A stretch of DNA of 64,000 nt from Candidatus Bathyarchaeota archaeon. Lineage in GTDB: Archaea > Thermoproteota > Bathyarchaeia > 40CM-2-53-6. How positions within the stretch are numbered: the first letter of the stretch is position 1; each line of letters begins with the position of its first letter. The DNA lies in the NCBI GenBank assembly GCA_963733055.1, contig CAVTBR010000001.1, positions 64,001 through 128,000 on the forward strand, read 5' to 3'. The position numbers were made by a program, and so were the translations under genes. Shown here piece after piece: positions 49,062 to 58,340 of this stretch. The notes under the pieces were generated by a model. The model was not told the origin of the DNA and made no database searches. It was given only the letters and a program-made list of their open reading frames with translations.

Positions 49062-50036
49062 TTAGAAATAGTGTTCAATGATTTCGCGTACGTTGGCTTC
49101 GTAGCCCCCGAATGGTGATGGGGCTATGAATACGTCGTCGACACCGGACGTGTGATATTCTTTTACTCGCTCCCTTAGATCTTGGATCGTGCCAAGAACA
49201 GTCAGTCTCTTCACCATCTCAGGAGATACGACTTTTTTCACCGCACTCCGATCCTTAGCCTTCCAACCGTCCATCATCGCTTTCGCCTCTGATCCGTAGC
49301 CGAGGCTTGTGAATAGGGTGGAGTAGGCGGGGGCGCTTGCATAGAATGCGACGAGTTCCTTTCCCGCGTCAATCCCTTTCTCGTTGTCTCCGAGGACGTA
49401 TGAGTATAGCATCACTGAGAGGTTGGGACGTGCTTTCCCTCCCGCCTCACGGCAAGCTTCATTGATAATTGATAGGTCACGTTCGATCCGGTCAGGCGGA
49501 TGCAGATTCAGAATTATCCTGTCTGCAACCTGCGCAGCTTTCGCCATCATTCGGTCGTTCAGGGCGGCTAGAGCAATCTTCGGAGGAAAACCGGTCTTCA
49601 TCCTAGCCCCTTTCGGTGTCGAGTACTCGCCGTTATAGATGACTTTCTCTCCAGAGAAATATTGGCGTAGGAGTTTGACCGTCTCGTCTAGCCTGTGATT
49701 TGGTTTCTGAAAATGTTGCCCGTGCCAGTTCTCCACTATCGCAGCCGTGCTCACACCTAGGCCCAAAGTGAACCGACCCGCACTGAATTCGTTAAGGGTC
49801 GCGGCGAGTAATGCGAGTTGACTTGGCGTTCTTGTGAAGACGTTTAGAATCGATGTACCGAGCTGAATCTTCTTAGTTGCACCTGCGGCAAGCGTTGCGA
49901 GTATGGATGCGTCGCGTAGGGTGGTTTCACCGAACCAGAGGCCGTCAAAGCCGCGCTGTTCTGCTTGCTGGCTGATCTGGGGAACGCGTTGGGAAGAAAG
50001 CTCGCCGTTTCCGCTCAATATTATGCTAGTATACAT
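49062..50036 (-). CDS. LLM-class (Mer-like) F420-dependent oxidoreductase
   Basis: 'GFDGLWFGE', 'IQLGTSILNVFTRTP', 'GRFTLGLGVS'. Confidence 0.88.
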   Translation of the reverse strand: MYTSIILSGNGELSSQRVPQISQQAEQRGFDGLWFGETTLRDASILATLAAGATKKIQLGTSILNVFTRTPSQLALLAATLNEFSAGRFTLGLGVSTAAIVENWHGQHFQKPNHRLDETVKLLRQYFSGEKVIYNGEYSTPKGARMKTGFPPKIALAALNDRMMAKAAQVADRIILNLHPPDRIERDLSIINEACREAGGKARPNLSVMLYSYVLGDNEKGIDAGKELVAFYASAPAYSTLFTSLGYGSEAKAMMDGWKAKDRSAVKKVVSPEMVKRLTVLGTIQDLRERVKEYHTSGVDDVFIAPSPFGGYEANVREIIEHYF

Positions 50037-50197
50037 TGCAAACGCTACGACTTCACCAGTGTGGATAAAAGGCTAAAGAACATTCGTATGCGACGAGTAA
50101 TCGATTCAAGCCAAACTCTTATGTCACAATAAAACGAGTACGCCACAGAAGAAAGGCACAGGCAAACCGCTCGTTAACACCGCAGTGTTGAAAGCAA

Positions 50198-51814
50198 TTG
50201 AATGAGATTGAAATCAGCAACCTCTCGTTTACATACGAAAATCGAAATGACCGTGCCTTAGACGAAATCAATCTTCAGATAAGAAACAAGGATTTTCTAC
50301 TTCTTGCTGGAGCGAGTGGCTCAGGCAAGTCTACTCTGATAAAATGCATTAACGGCCTCATACCCCACAGGTATGTAGGTGAATATTCAGGGGATGTTAA
50401 GATCAGAGGGCAGCCCGTACCCGAAGCGCACTTCCTTCAACTGTCCCTCACAGTCGGCACTGTGCTGCAAGAAGCCGACAAGCAGCTCGTCTCGTCAATC
50501 GTAGAGGACGATGTAGCCTTCGGACCCGGCAACCTCGCATTGCCACGAATAGAGATTGACCGACGAGTCAAACAGGGACTGGCCGCGATGGATATTCTGG
50601 GATTACGTGAAAGATCCATTTTTGGAATTTCTGGCGGTCAAAGACAGAGAGTCGCTATCTCTGACGTCCTCGCGATGGAACCGGACATCCTTCTCTTCGA
50701 CGAGCCGCTTGCCAACCTCGATTCAAATGGCGTCCGCCTAATGCAGAGCATTTTCCGAACGCTTCACGAGTCTGGTAAGACCGTTATCGTTAGCGAGCAC
50801 AGAACTGAGGAGGTCCTCCGAGCTAACCCGACTAGAGTGGCAGTGATCGAGAAGGGACGGCTAATAGCTGAAAGCGAGGATCCCAAAATCCTGGGCAAAT
50901 TCCGAGACGTTCTAAAGGTCCCCGCGGAATATTTCCTAGGAAACAACCTGGAAACGACCGGTGCCTCAACCAACCCCACATTCGCTCCCTACGTCCCGTC
51001 GACAGAAGAGCTCGTACAAGTCAAAGATGTGAGCTTCGAGTATTCTGGCGGGATCAAAGCGCTCCAACACATCAACTTAACAATCCACGCCGGAGAAAGA
51101 ATCGCTCTCCTCGGAAACAATGGAGCAGGAAAATCAACACTCGCCCTCAGCCTTGTAGCCCTCCTGAAACCAACCACCGGACATGTCATCGTGCATGGGA
51201 AAGACACTAAAGACCTGTCCACTTCAGAAATCGCACGAACGCTCTGTCTAGTATTTCAGAGCCCGTTCTCCATGCTCTTCGCCAAGACAGTGCGCGACGA
51301 ACTGAGCTTCGGCCCAAAGAACCTGGGATTCACGGCTGAGGAGATTTCGAAGATTGTGCCTGAGACGGCGAGTAGGTGCTCGATCGCCCATCTGCTTGAC
51401 AAATCTCCTTTCGCATCAAGTTTCGGGGAGAAGAAGCGAATTTGCGTAGCGTCCGTGCTTACGATGCAACCGGAATGCATCATCCTAGATGAACCTACTG
51501 CGGGGCAAGATTACAGAAGTTACTCGAACTTCATGAACTTCATCTGTTCGCTAAGGGAACGTGTGAAGTCATTCATAGTAATCACGCACGATCCAGACCT
51601 TGCGATTGAGTATACAGACAGGGCGATCGTTCTCAATGATGGAAAAATAATCGCCGACGGACCCACACACAAAGTGCTGGCGGATCACACTATTCTCAAG
51701 GAAGGAGCGATCCGCGAAACATCTCTAATCGAACTCTCCTTAAAGGCGACTCAAGGCAAGGAAGTGTGTAGCCTAGAGCAACTGGAAAGGTTGGATCGTA
51801 TTGCTAGCTCTTAA
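50198..51814 (+). CDS. ECF transporter fused A/A' ATPase
   Basis: Two NBDs: GASGSGKS/SGGQRQR/DEP and GNNGAGKS/SFGEKKR/DEP. Confidence 0.93.
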   Translation: MNEIEISNLSFTYENRNDRALDEINLQIRNKDFLLLAGASGSGKSTLIKCINGLIPHRYVGEYSGDVKIRGQPVPEAHFLQLSLTVGTVLQEADKQLVSSIVEDDVAFGPGNLALPRIEIDRRVKQGLAAMDILGLRERSIFGISGGQRQRVAISDVLAMEPDILLFDEPLANLDSNGVRLMQSIFRTLHESGKTVIVSEHRTEEVLRANPTRVAVIEKGRLIAESEDPKILGKFRDVLKVPAEYFLGNNLETTGASTNPTFAPYVPSTEELVQVKDVSFEYSGGIKALQHINLTIHAGERIALLGNNGAGKSTLALSLVALLKPTTGHVIVHGKDTKDLSTSEIARTLCLVFQSPFSMLFAKTVRDELSFGPKNLGFTAEEISKIVPETASRCSIAHLLDKSPFASSFGEKKRICVASVLTMQPECIILDEPTAGQDYRSYSNFMNFICSLRERVKSFIVITHDPDLAIEYTDRAIVLNDGKIIADGPTHKVLADHTILKEGAIRETSLIELSLKATQGKEVCSLEQLERLDRIASS

Positions 51815-51851
51815 ATACTAAGAACCCGCCAACCAACGAGCAGGGAAAAAC

Positions 51852-52424
51852 ATGAGCAAAAAAGGAATGAAGGAATCATTCTTCTCAGCAAAACAAATTG
51901 TAGCTATGGCAGTTGGAACCGCACTCTACGCAGCCCTCACGATCCCGTTCAACATATTCCAAATACCCGGTGCCGGCGGCCTAATCGCAATCAGACCAAC
52001 CGTAGCTATTCCAATGCTATTCGGAATCGTTTTCGGACCCATCACAGGATTCGTTACAGGACTACTCGGCAACATAATCTCTGACGGCGTGTCCTTCGGC
52101 GGATTCTACTGGAACTGGGACATCGGCAACGGACTACTTGGTGCAGTTCCTGGAATCGCGTACTTTGTGATCAAGAGAACAGACTGGACCAAAGCAAAGA
52201 CTCTAGCGATAACCGCCGGTCTAGCGGTAGTCGCCGCAATTGTCGGAATCGGATTCGCAGCAATGACAGATCTAGCCTTCCAAATCGGCCTCAGCACGAT
52301 GGACGCAGCATTAGCCGAATTCTATTCCGCTGCAGGAACCGACGCAATTAACGGTGCAATACTCACGCCCATACTGCTCTACGCATACGCTACCGCCACA
52401 GCCGGAAGAGCTCGGCGAGTCTAA
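51852..52424 (+). CDS. ECF transporter S component
   Basis: 'IVAMAVGTALYAAL', 'FGPITGFVTGLLGN', 'WNW'. Confidence 0.88.
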   Translation: MSKKGMKESFFSAKQIVAMAVGTALYAALTIPFNIFQIPGAGGLIAIRPTVAIPMLFGIVFGPITGFVTGLLGNIISDGVSFGGFYWNWDIGNGLLGAVPGIAYFVIKRTDWTKAKTLAITAGLAVVAAIVGIGFAAMTDLAFQIGLSTMDAALAEFYSAAGTDAINGAILTPILLYAYATATAGRARRV

Positions 52425-52435
52425 CAAGAGAGTCA

Positions 52436-53245
52436 ATGATTCGGATCAAATACTTTCCCGGGAACACCCTACTTCATAGGTTGGACCCGAGAACAAAATT
52501 TCTACTTGTTGTTTTATTCATCTTCATCGAAGTAGCCTTCCTAGACATCAGACTACTCCTCTTCCCATTCGTAGCCTCAATCCTCCTCTACCTTTCAGCT
52601 AGGATACCATTCAAAGAAGTAAAGGGAACATGGAAATTTCTTCTCACAATCATCGTACTCATAACCTCAGTCAACACTTTCTTTACGCTTCTAGGTACAA
52701 ACGTCCCACACCCACACATCATTGCGCAGTTCTGGGTCTTCAAAGCCACCACAGAAGGAATATCCTTGGCGGCGGGAGCGATGATGCGATTCCTGTCCTT
52801 AGCCGTGGTATCAATGTGCCTGGTCAACACCACCGATCCGGGCCTCTACGCGCCAGCCCTTGCGAAACTCAAAATGCCATACAAGGGCGCTTTCGTAGTA
52901 GACCTCGCGATGCGGTACCTTCCCGTGTACGTTGAGGAGTTAGAGACAACAATGAACGCACAAATGGCCAGAGGATACAAGGTGAAAGTCAGGGGCGGCT
53001 TCTTCGCCCGCATACTCAACACTGTACCCCTAATCGTACCGGTCGCGATGAACGCGATGTTGAGCATTTATGATGTAGCCGATGCGATGGAACTGCGCGC
53101 GTTCGGCGCTGAGAAGACACGAACCTGGTATAGGACAGTAAATTTCAAGAAGATAGACTACGCTTCCGTCGCCATTCTCTTCACTATGCTCGCCGTCGCC
53201 ATCTTTCTGAGAACCAAGTTCACTACCTATTGGATTCCAGCGTAG
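52436..53245 (+). CDS. ECF transporter T component
   Basis: 'LHRLDPRTK', 'AQMARG', 'AMELRAF'. Confidence 0.92.
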   Translation: MIRIKYFPGNTLLHRLDPRTKFLLVVLFIFIEVAFLDIRLLLFPFVASILLYLSARIPFKEVKGTWKFLLTIIVLITSVNTFFTLLGTNVPHPHIIAQFWVFKATTEGISLAAGAMMRFLSLAVVSMCLVNTTDPGLYAPALAKLKMPYKGAFVVDLAMRYLPVYVEELETTMNAQMARGYKVKVRGGFFARILNTVPLIVPVAMNAMLSIYDVADAMELRAFGAEKTRTWYRTVNFKKIDYASVAILFTMLAVAIFLRTKFTTYWIPA

Positions 53246-53314
53246 CGGGTTCGGCCCCGTAGGGGAATCCCCAGGCGTTGAACTCGTCATGTTATGTTTG
53301 AAGGGTTTTACGTC

Positions 53315-54304
53315 TCATCGGTTCAGTAATTGCATAGTTGCCTCAGGGTAGCGTTCACCGGCAAATGTCCCTCGGGGCAACGCTTCTTCTATGCGTCGGA
53401 GATCGTTCGCTGTTAATTTCACTTCTAGTGAAGCGACGTTTTCTTCGAGATACCTTCTCCTTTTCGTGCCGACGATGGGGACGATATGTTCTCCTTGTGC
53501 CAAGACCCATGCCAACGCGAGTTGAGCAGGGGCGCATCCTTTCTCTTTTGCAATCGCTTCAAATCGGCGAAGAGCCTCGAGATTTTTCTTGAGGTTATCG
53601 CCTTGGAAGCGCGGTGCCGCCTGCCGCCAGTCGCTTTGAGGCAATTCAGTCATATTCTTGATTTGGCCCGTTAGGAAGCCACGACCGAGTGGGCTGTAGG
53701 CGACGAAACCAATACCCAGCTTTTTACAGGTGGCTAACAGTTCGTCTTCAGGGTCCCTGGTCCAGAGCGAGTATTCGGTCTGCAACGCCGCGATTGGATG
53801 TACTGCGTGCGCACGGCGCAGTGTTTGTGGTGAAGCCTCCGAAAGCCCTAGGTACCTTACCTTACCCTCCTTGACTAATTGGGCCATCGCCCCAACGGTC
53901 TCTTCGATCGGAGTGTTTGGGTCAACTCGATGTTGATAGTAGAGGTCGATCGTGTCTACACCGAGTCGGCGGAGGCTTTCTTCGCAGCAGGAGCGAACAT
54001 ACTCGGGTTTCCCATTCACTCCTCGGCGCTTCGGATTCGCATCGTCCCGCACAATTCCGAACTTAGTGGCCACAACAACCTCGTCGCGTCGATCGCGAAT
54101 GGCGCGGCCGACTAGCTCTTCATTAGTATATGGTCCGCATATGTTCGAAGTATCGAGGAAGTTAACACCCAAGTCGAGGGCTCGATGAATGGTCGCGATG
54201 GACTCTTCGTCATCGCGTTTTCCATAGAATTCGGACATGCCCATGCAACCCAAACCAATCGCTGAAACCTTCAGTCCAGTCTTACCTAACTCTCGCATCA
54301 ACAT
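53315..54304 (-). CDS. Aldo/keto reductase
   Basis: 'GLGCMGMS', 'DLYYQHRVD', 'YSPLGRG'. Confidence 0.95.
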   Translation of the reverse strand: MLMRELGKTGLKVSAIGLGCMGMSEFYGKRDDEESIATIHRALDLGVNFLDTSNICGPYTNEELVGRAIRDRRDEVVVATKFGIVRDDANPKRRGVNGKPEYVRSCCEESLRRLGVDTIDLYYQHRVDPNTPIEETVGAMAQLVKEGKVRYLGLSEASPQTLRRAHAVHPIAALQTEYSLWTRDPEDELLATCKKLGIGFVAYSPLGRGFLTGQIKNMTELPQSDWRQAAPRFQGDNLKKNLEALRRFEAIAKEKGCAPAQLALAWVLAQGEHIVPIVGTKRRRYLEENVASLEVKLTANDLRRIEEALPRGTFAGERYPEATMQLLNR

Positions 54305-54449
54305 GTTCTAGACCATCCAATCGCAGCGATTCAGAGGGATATCATGCTTTTGTCTTCTTGCCCTTCGCCGCCTGGTTTGAGGAAGCGTTTTTATGAGTCG
54401 AGCTTCTCTCAGCCATATACAATCCATACGTAATAAAAGGCGCTAGAAA

Positions 54450-54836
54450 ATGGCCACAGTAATGGAATCCCAACCACAGCTCGAGTTCACAGCGAAGGCA
54501 CTGGAGAGAGCCAAGGCCATACTCCAAAAACCTGAGAATTCCGGGAAGGCGCTTCGAGTTTTCGTTTTCGGCGGTGGTTGCGCTGGCCTCAATTATGGTA
54601 TGGCGATGGGGTTTGTGAAGCCGGACGATTTCGTGCTTGAAAGCGACGGGTACAAGATTGTCGTTGATCCGAAGAGTATGGAGCTATTGAAGGGGATGAA
54701 TGTGGATTACTATGAGAGCATACAATCCTCAGGGTTCAAGTTCAACAACCCCAACGCAATAGCAAGCTGCGGCTGCGGCCTATCCTTCAAGACAGCCCAG
54801 AAGACCGACATGGCGCAGACGAAACCCTGCCACTAG
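54450..54836 (+). CDS. HesB/IscA family Fe-S cluster carrier
   Basis: GGCAG and CGCGLSF. Confidence 0.92.
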   Translation: MATVMESQPQLEFTAKALERAKAILQKPENSGKALRVFVFGGGCAGLNYGMAMGFVKPDDFVLESDGYKIVVDPKSMELLKGMNVDYYESIQSSGFKFNNPNAIASCGCGLSFKTAQKTDMAQTKPCH

Positions 54837-54845
54837 AACGAGCAC

Positions 54846-55067
54846 TTACTCGGCGGGTAGTCTCTTGATTGCGAGCTGGATGTCCTGAGCTTTCACGGTT
54901 TTTCTGCCCGCGTGTCGAGCTAGCCCCGTAGCTTCTTTACCGACCTTGATCGCGTACTCCTCGAGTACCTTGCCAAGTTCTTCCACGGCGTCGTCGCCGA
55001 CCCTGTCTGCTCCTGCCATCTCGATAAGTCGTCGGACTGCGGCTGTAGAAAGCTCATCGGGCGGCAA
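54846..55067 (-). CDS. Archaeal histone (HMf-like)
   Basis: 'AGADRV..DA', 'HAGRKTVKAQDI'. Confidence 0.93.
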   Translation of the reverse strand: MPPDELSTAAVRRLIEMAGADRVGDDAVEELGKVLEEYAIKVGKEATGLARHAGRKTVKAQDIQLAIKRLPAE

Positions 55068-55280
55068 GAAAAACCACGATTTCTAATCGCGTGCCCTTGG
55101 AAGCTATTAAAATTTCCCCAGTCGGCTGAACTGGGCTCGATAGAGAGATGTTTTGATTTGATTAGCCTACATTGGGCGAAACGAACAGTTTTGTTGCAAA
55201 AAACGCCCCGCCCACCTGCCTCATCAGGCTAGAACGAGCTATCACTCACCTTAAGCAATCTGATTCCACTGGTTCGAGCC

Positions 55281-56051
55281 ATGAGTTTTGTCGACGCCCA
55301 CATCCACCTAGCCGACCCAGGCTACGCAGGGAAGGTTGAAGAGGTGGTTGAAAACGCAAACCAACACAACGTTTCCAGTATGCTCTCTAACGCCACAGAC
55401 TACGAAACCTCACTAGCAACCATAAGCCTAGCCAAACAGTATCCAACCAGAGTCCTTGCGGCCGTAGGCGTTCACCCATTCACAGCCACCCAAACCACAG
55501 TCTTTCACCTGGACAAGTTCGCTCCTCTCCTCGAGGAGAACCGAGACTGCGTTAGGGCTGTGGGCGAGATAGGGCTCGACGGAAAGTACACGCAAGATGA
55601 ACGGATCAAGAAGCGTCAGCAAGAGATTTTCCGATACTGCCTAAACCTGGCGGAAGAACGAAATCTCCCTGCAGTCGTGCACTCACGGCAAGCGTTGCCA
55701 GAGATACTGGACACGTTAGCTGACTTCAAAGCTCTGAAGATCCTATTCCATTGGTACGACGGGCCGATCGAAAACCTTCAACTCTTCAAGGAACGAGGAT
55801 ACTCGATTTCAATCGGCCCGGCCATATTGTACTCACGCCGAATTAGCGAAATTGCACGCGCCGCTGATATCAACATAATTCTGAGCGAGACTGACGGACC
55901 CGTGAACTATCGCGGTCTCTTCGGGGGCAAACTTACGCAACCGTCGTTCGTAATCGATGTGGTTCGAAAAATCGCCGAAACAAAAGCAATGAATACCGAG
56001 TCGGTACGAGACCAAATCCTCTCCAACTTTCAGAGGTTCACATCGGCCTGA
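55281..56051 (+). CDS. tatD: TatD family hydrolase
   Basis: DAHIH, GVHP, GEIGLD, HSR, SETDGP. Confidence 0.92.
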   Translation: MSFVDAHIHLADPGYAGKVEEVVENANQHNVSSMLSNATDYETSLATISLAKQYPTRVLAAVGVHPFTATQTTVFHLDKFAPLLEENRDCVRAVGEIGLDGKYTQDERIKKRQQEIFRYCLNLAEERNLPAVVHSRQALPEILDTLADFKALKILFHWYDGPIENLQLFKERGYSISIGPAILYSRRISEIARAADINIILSETDGPVNYRGLFGGKLTQPSFVIDVVRKIAETKAMNTESVRDQILSNFQRFTSA

Positions 56052-56155
56052 TGACCTCCTCATTAATTGGCAGAACCCCCGTCGGAATCAAAGTTGAGGG
56101 AGAAAATAAGTGGAGAACTCTAATCGAAAATGTGAGCAAGAAGGAGTGAGAGGTC

Positions 56156-56821
56156 GTGTCCAAGGTAGTATGTAATTTCCATCAGAATATGGTTCTCTGC
56201 AAGAGAAATGAGGGAGCTACATATTGGGACGCTTTTGGATTCCTAGGTGCAGGCTGGACGGGCAAGAGTTCAACCAGTTTTATTCTGGCTAGACTTTTGG
56301 TAGAAAAGGATGGGTTCATAGTCAAAAAGGGAACTTCGCTCAAGGTAATCGACGATAACTTCCGTCTTGAGAATGGAGTAGTTTCAAGTAATGATTGGGG
56401 GGGAGACAAGTCAGGCAAATGTTGCGAGTTCGTAGAATGCCTAGAGAAACATGGGCACTCGCATCAAGAGGCTCGTCCAAATGACCAAGAATTCAAGTTA
56501 GGGAGTTTCATCGGTTGGCTCATGGTTTCTGATGATGTACCGACGTATGTTATTGAGAAGAGTAATCGGGATGAATTCATGAACAAGTTACTGCGCCTAA
56601 ATCCATGCCATCGCCCTAGTCAAGACGAGATAAATGCTAACCCAGAATTGAGAGAGCAGATTCGGAACCGATTTAACCCGTCATGGGAATACTCGATTAC
56701 AAGAAGAAGAAATACACAAAGTGCAGAAGATAACCCTCTCTTAGAAAATCTAGGGCAGAAAGCCTACGATGTGTGGCACTTACACCCGACGATTTTTGAC
56801 AGCGAAAAGGAAGGGCAGTAA
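56156..56821 (+). CDS. Hypothetical protein (AT-richer segment)
   Basis: 221-aa ORF with SD GAGG; no motif recognised. Confidence 0.6.
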   Translation: MSKVVCNFHQNMVLCKRNEGATYWDAFGFLGAGWTGKSSTSFILARLLVEKDGFIVKKGTSLKVIDDNFRLENGVVSSNDWGGDKSGKCCEFVECLEKHGHSHQEARPNDQEFKLGSFIGWLMVSDDVPTYVIEKSNRDEFMNKLLRLNPCHRPSQDEINANPELREQIRNRFNPSWEYSITRRRNTQSAEDNPLLENLGQKAYDVWHLHPTIFDSEKEGQ

Positions 56822-56824
56822 CCG

Positions 56825-57061
56825 ATGGAGACTTTACATAACCCTGATTAGGGTTCTGTCAAAGGTAAGGGACATGCTCTAAGTTTTCTGGACTGTCAAG
56901 TCGAGGGACATGTTGTCGGTATATCTATAGCTCAAGGAGCAGGATACTCTCGTATGCACAGGATTACTGACAAAGGGCTTCTAATGAGACTAGAGGAAAA
57001 GTGTTTACTGATGACGCTCTTGGAAGTGCAATGCTCAAAATCACTGGTCAAGGACTACTAG
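56825..57061 (+). pseudogene. Possible decayed winged-helix gene (in-frame TAG at codon 9)
   Basis: METLHNPD*GSV...HRITDKGL..., wing-like motif. Confidence 0.25.
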
Positions 57062-57086
57062 CGTTAAGGGAACTCCTCGCCAAAAC

Positions 57087-57734
57087 GTGGAAGTGAGAGA
57101 ACAGAAACCGCGTCGGGTTAAAACTGAGAACAGATTAATCAAAGAAAGGCAGAGAACCCAAATGACCGTTAATCAGTTCGACATCGCAACAATCCTGAAT
57201 CTGCTCACGGCCATAGCAGCGTTATCTGCCGTTATACTTGCGATTCTCTCTGAGAATAGAGCGCAGAAAAGATACAAACAAGATATTGAACGTCAGGAGA
57301 AACTAGCGGCTGCCAGTGTTAGACCTGCGTTGACTATCGACAAGGACCGCATTTTCACGACAACGCAGATCTTTTTGAGGAATCAAGGGCTAGGTACCGC
57401 TAAGAGTATCGATTTCACATTCACCAAAAACGGACGTCAATCGAAATGTCGCATAATCGACGTCTTTGACCCGACATATGCCGATCCTTTTGACAGTGTC
57501 ATGAGTTTTTACGACAAAGAACAAAATCATCTAAGACCCGGTGGCGAATACGTTCTTTTCAAAATAACGAGAGAGAACCTAGAGAAACAAGGAATCACCC
57601 CAGAGGGTATCGGCAGAATCTTCGCAGAGCTTGATAAGCAGATTCAGGGACTAACAATAGTGGTAAACTACGAGGATGTGCTTGGAAACCAGCAGAAGGA
57701 GTTCCGTATAACTTTAACATCGGTCGATGTTTAG
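57087..57734 (+). CDS. Hypothetical protein with single N-terminal TM
   Basis: TM helix then 'SVRP', 'LRNQGLGTA', 'YEDVLGN'. Confidence 0.65.
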   Translation: MEVREQKPRRVKTENRLIKERQRTQMTVNQFDIATILNLLTAIAALSAVILAILSENRAQKRYKQDIERQEKLAAASVRPALTIDKDRIFTTTQIFLRNQGLGTAKSIDFTFTKNGRQSKCRIIDVFDPTYADPFDSVMSFYDKEQNHLRPGGEYVLFKITRENLEKQGITPEGIGRIFAELDKQIQGLTIVVNYEDVLGNQQKEFRITLTSVDV

Positions 57735-57933
57735 CAGACGATTTTCTACAGGCACATGAAGCCTGCGTGTTAGACGAGGACGTTACGTTAACTTACAAAT
57801 GAGCCGCCAGTTAACGCCCCGAAAACGTGACCACCAAATTCGGTCGTGAGCCGTGAACTTAACAGAACCCTGATTAGCAAAGTTTATGTTGAATGCGACT
57901 TGCATGTCGATTTCCGCATCAGGGCTGTTAGAG

Positions 57934-58191
57934 TTGGGTAAGGTTCGAATTGACGTCGTAAAGCGGACGTCCCGGGAGTTGCTCAGGAAGTACCCTGAGC
58001 GTTTTTCCGGCGAATTCGAATCAGACAAGCAAGCTGTAAATGAGCTTGTAATTACACCATCGAAACGGTTGCGAAATCGTATTGCAGGCTATGTAACTCG
58101 CCTGAAGGTTGTTGAAGCGGAGCGTGCGGCTGCGACGGAAGTAACCGAAGTGGAACCCGAGCCTAGCGATCCCGGCATCGACGAAGAGTAA
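57934..58191 (+). CDS. rps17e: 30S ribosomal protein S17e
   Basis: MGKVR...KRLRNRIAGYVT; TTG start at 57934. Confidence 0.95.
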   Translation: MGKVRIDVVKRTSRELLRKYPERFSGEFESDKQAVNELVITPSKRLRNRIAGYVTRLKVVEAERAAATEVTEVEPEPSDPGIDEE

Positions 58192-58340
58192 AACCTCCCA
58201 CTCAGAACTGTCCAGCCTCCATTTACTAAAGCACTAGACCGAAAATTTCGGCAGTGAGTCGTTGCGGGAAATGCTAAAAGGTCACGTTGTAGACCACGCC
58301 TAAATCGAATTCAAGAATACCCGCGAAGGGTCGAGACTCA

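Noticed and set aside
53246-53290. GC-rich hairpins with a GGTTCG motif as a tRNA fragment or ncRNA
   Set aside because: No cloverleaf; position between convergent genes fits a simple terminator
56849-56851. In-frame TAG as pyrrolysine recoding
   Set aside because: No pyl genes or methylamine methyltransferase context; TAG is a normal stop in many genes here
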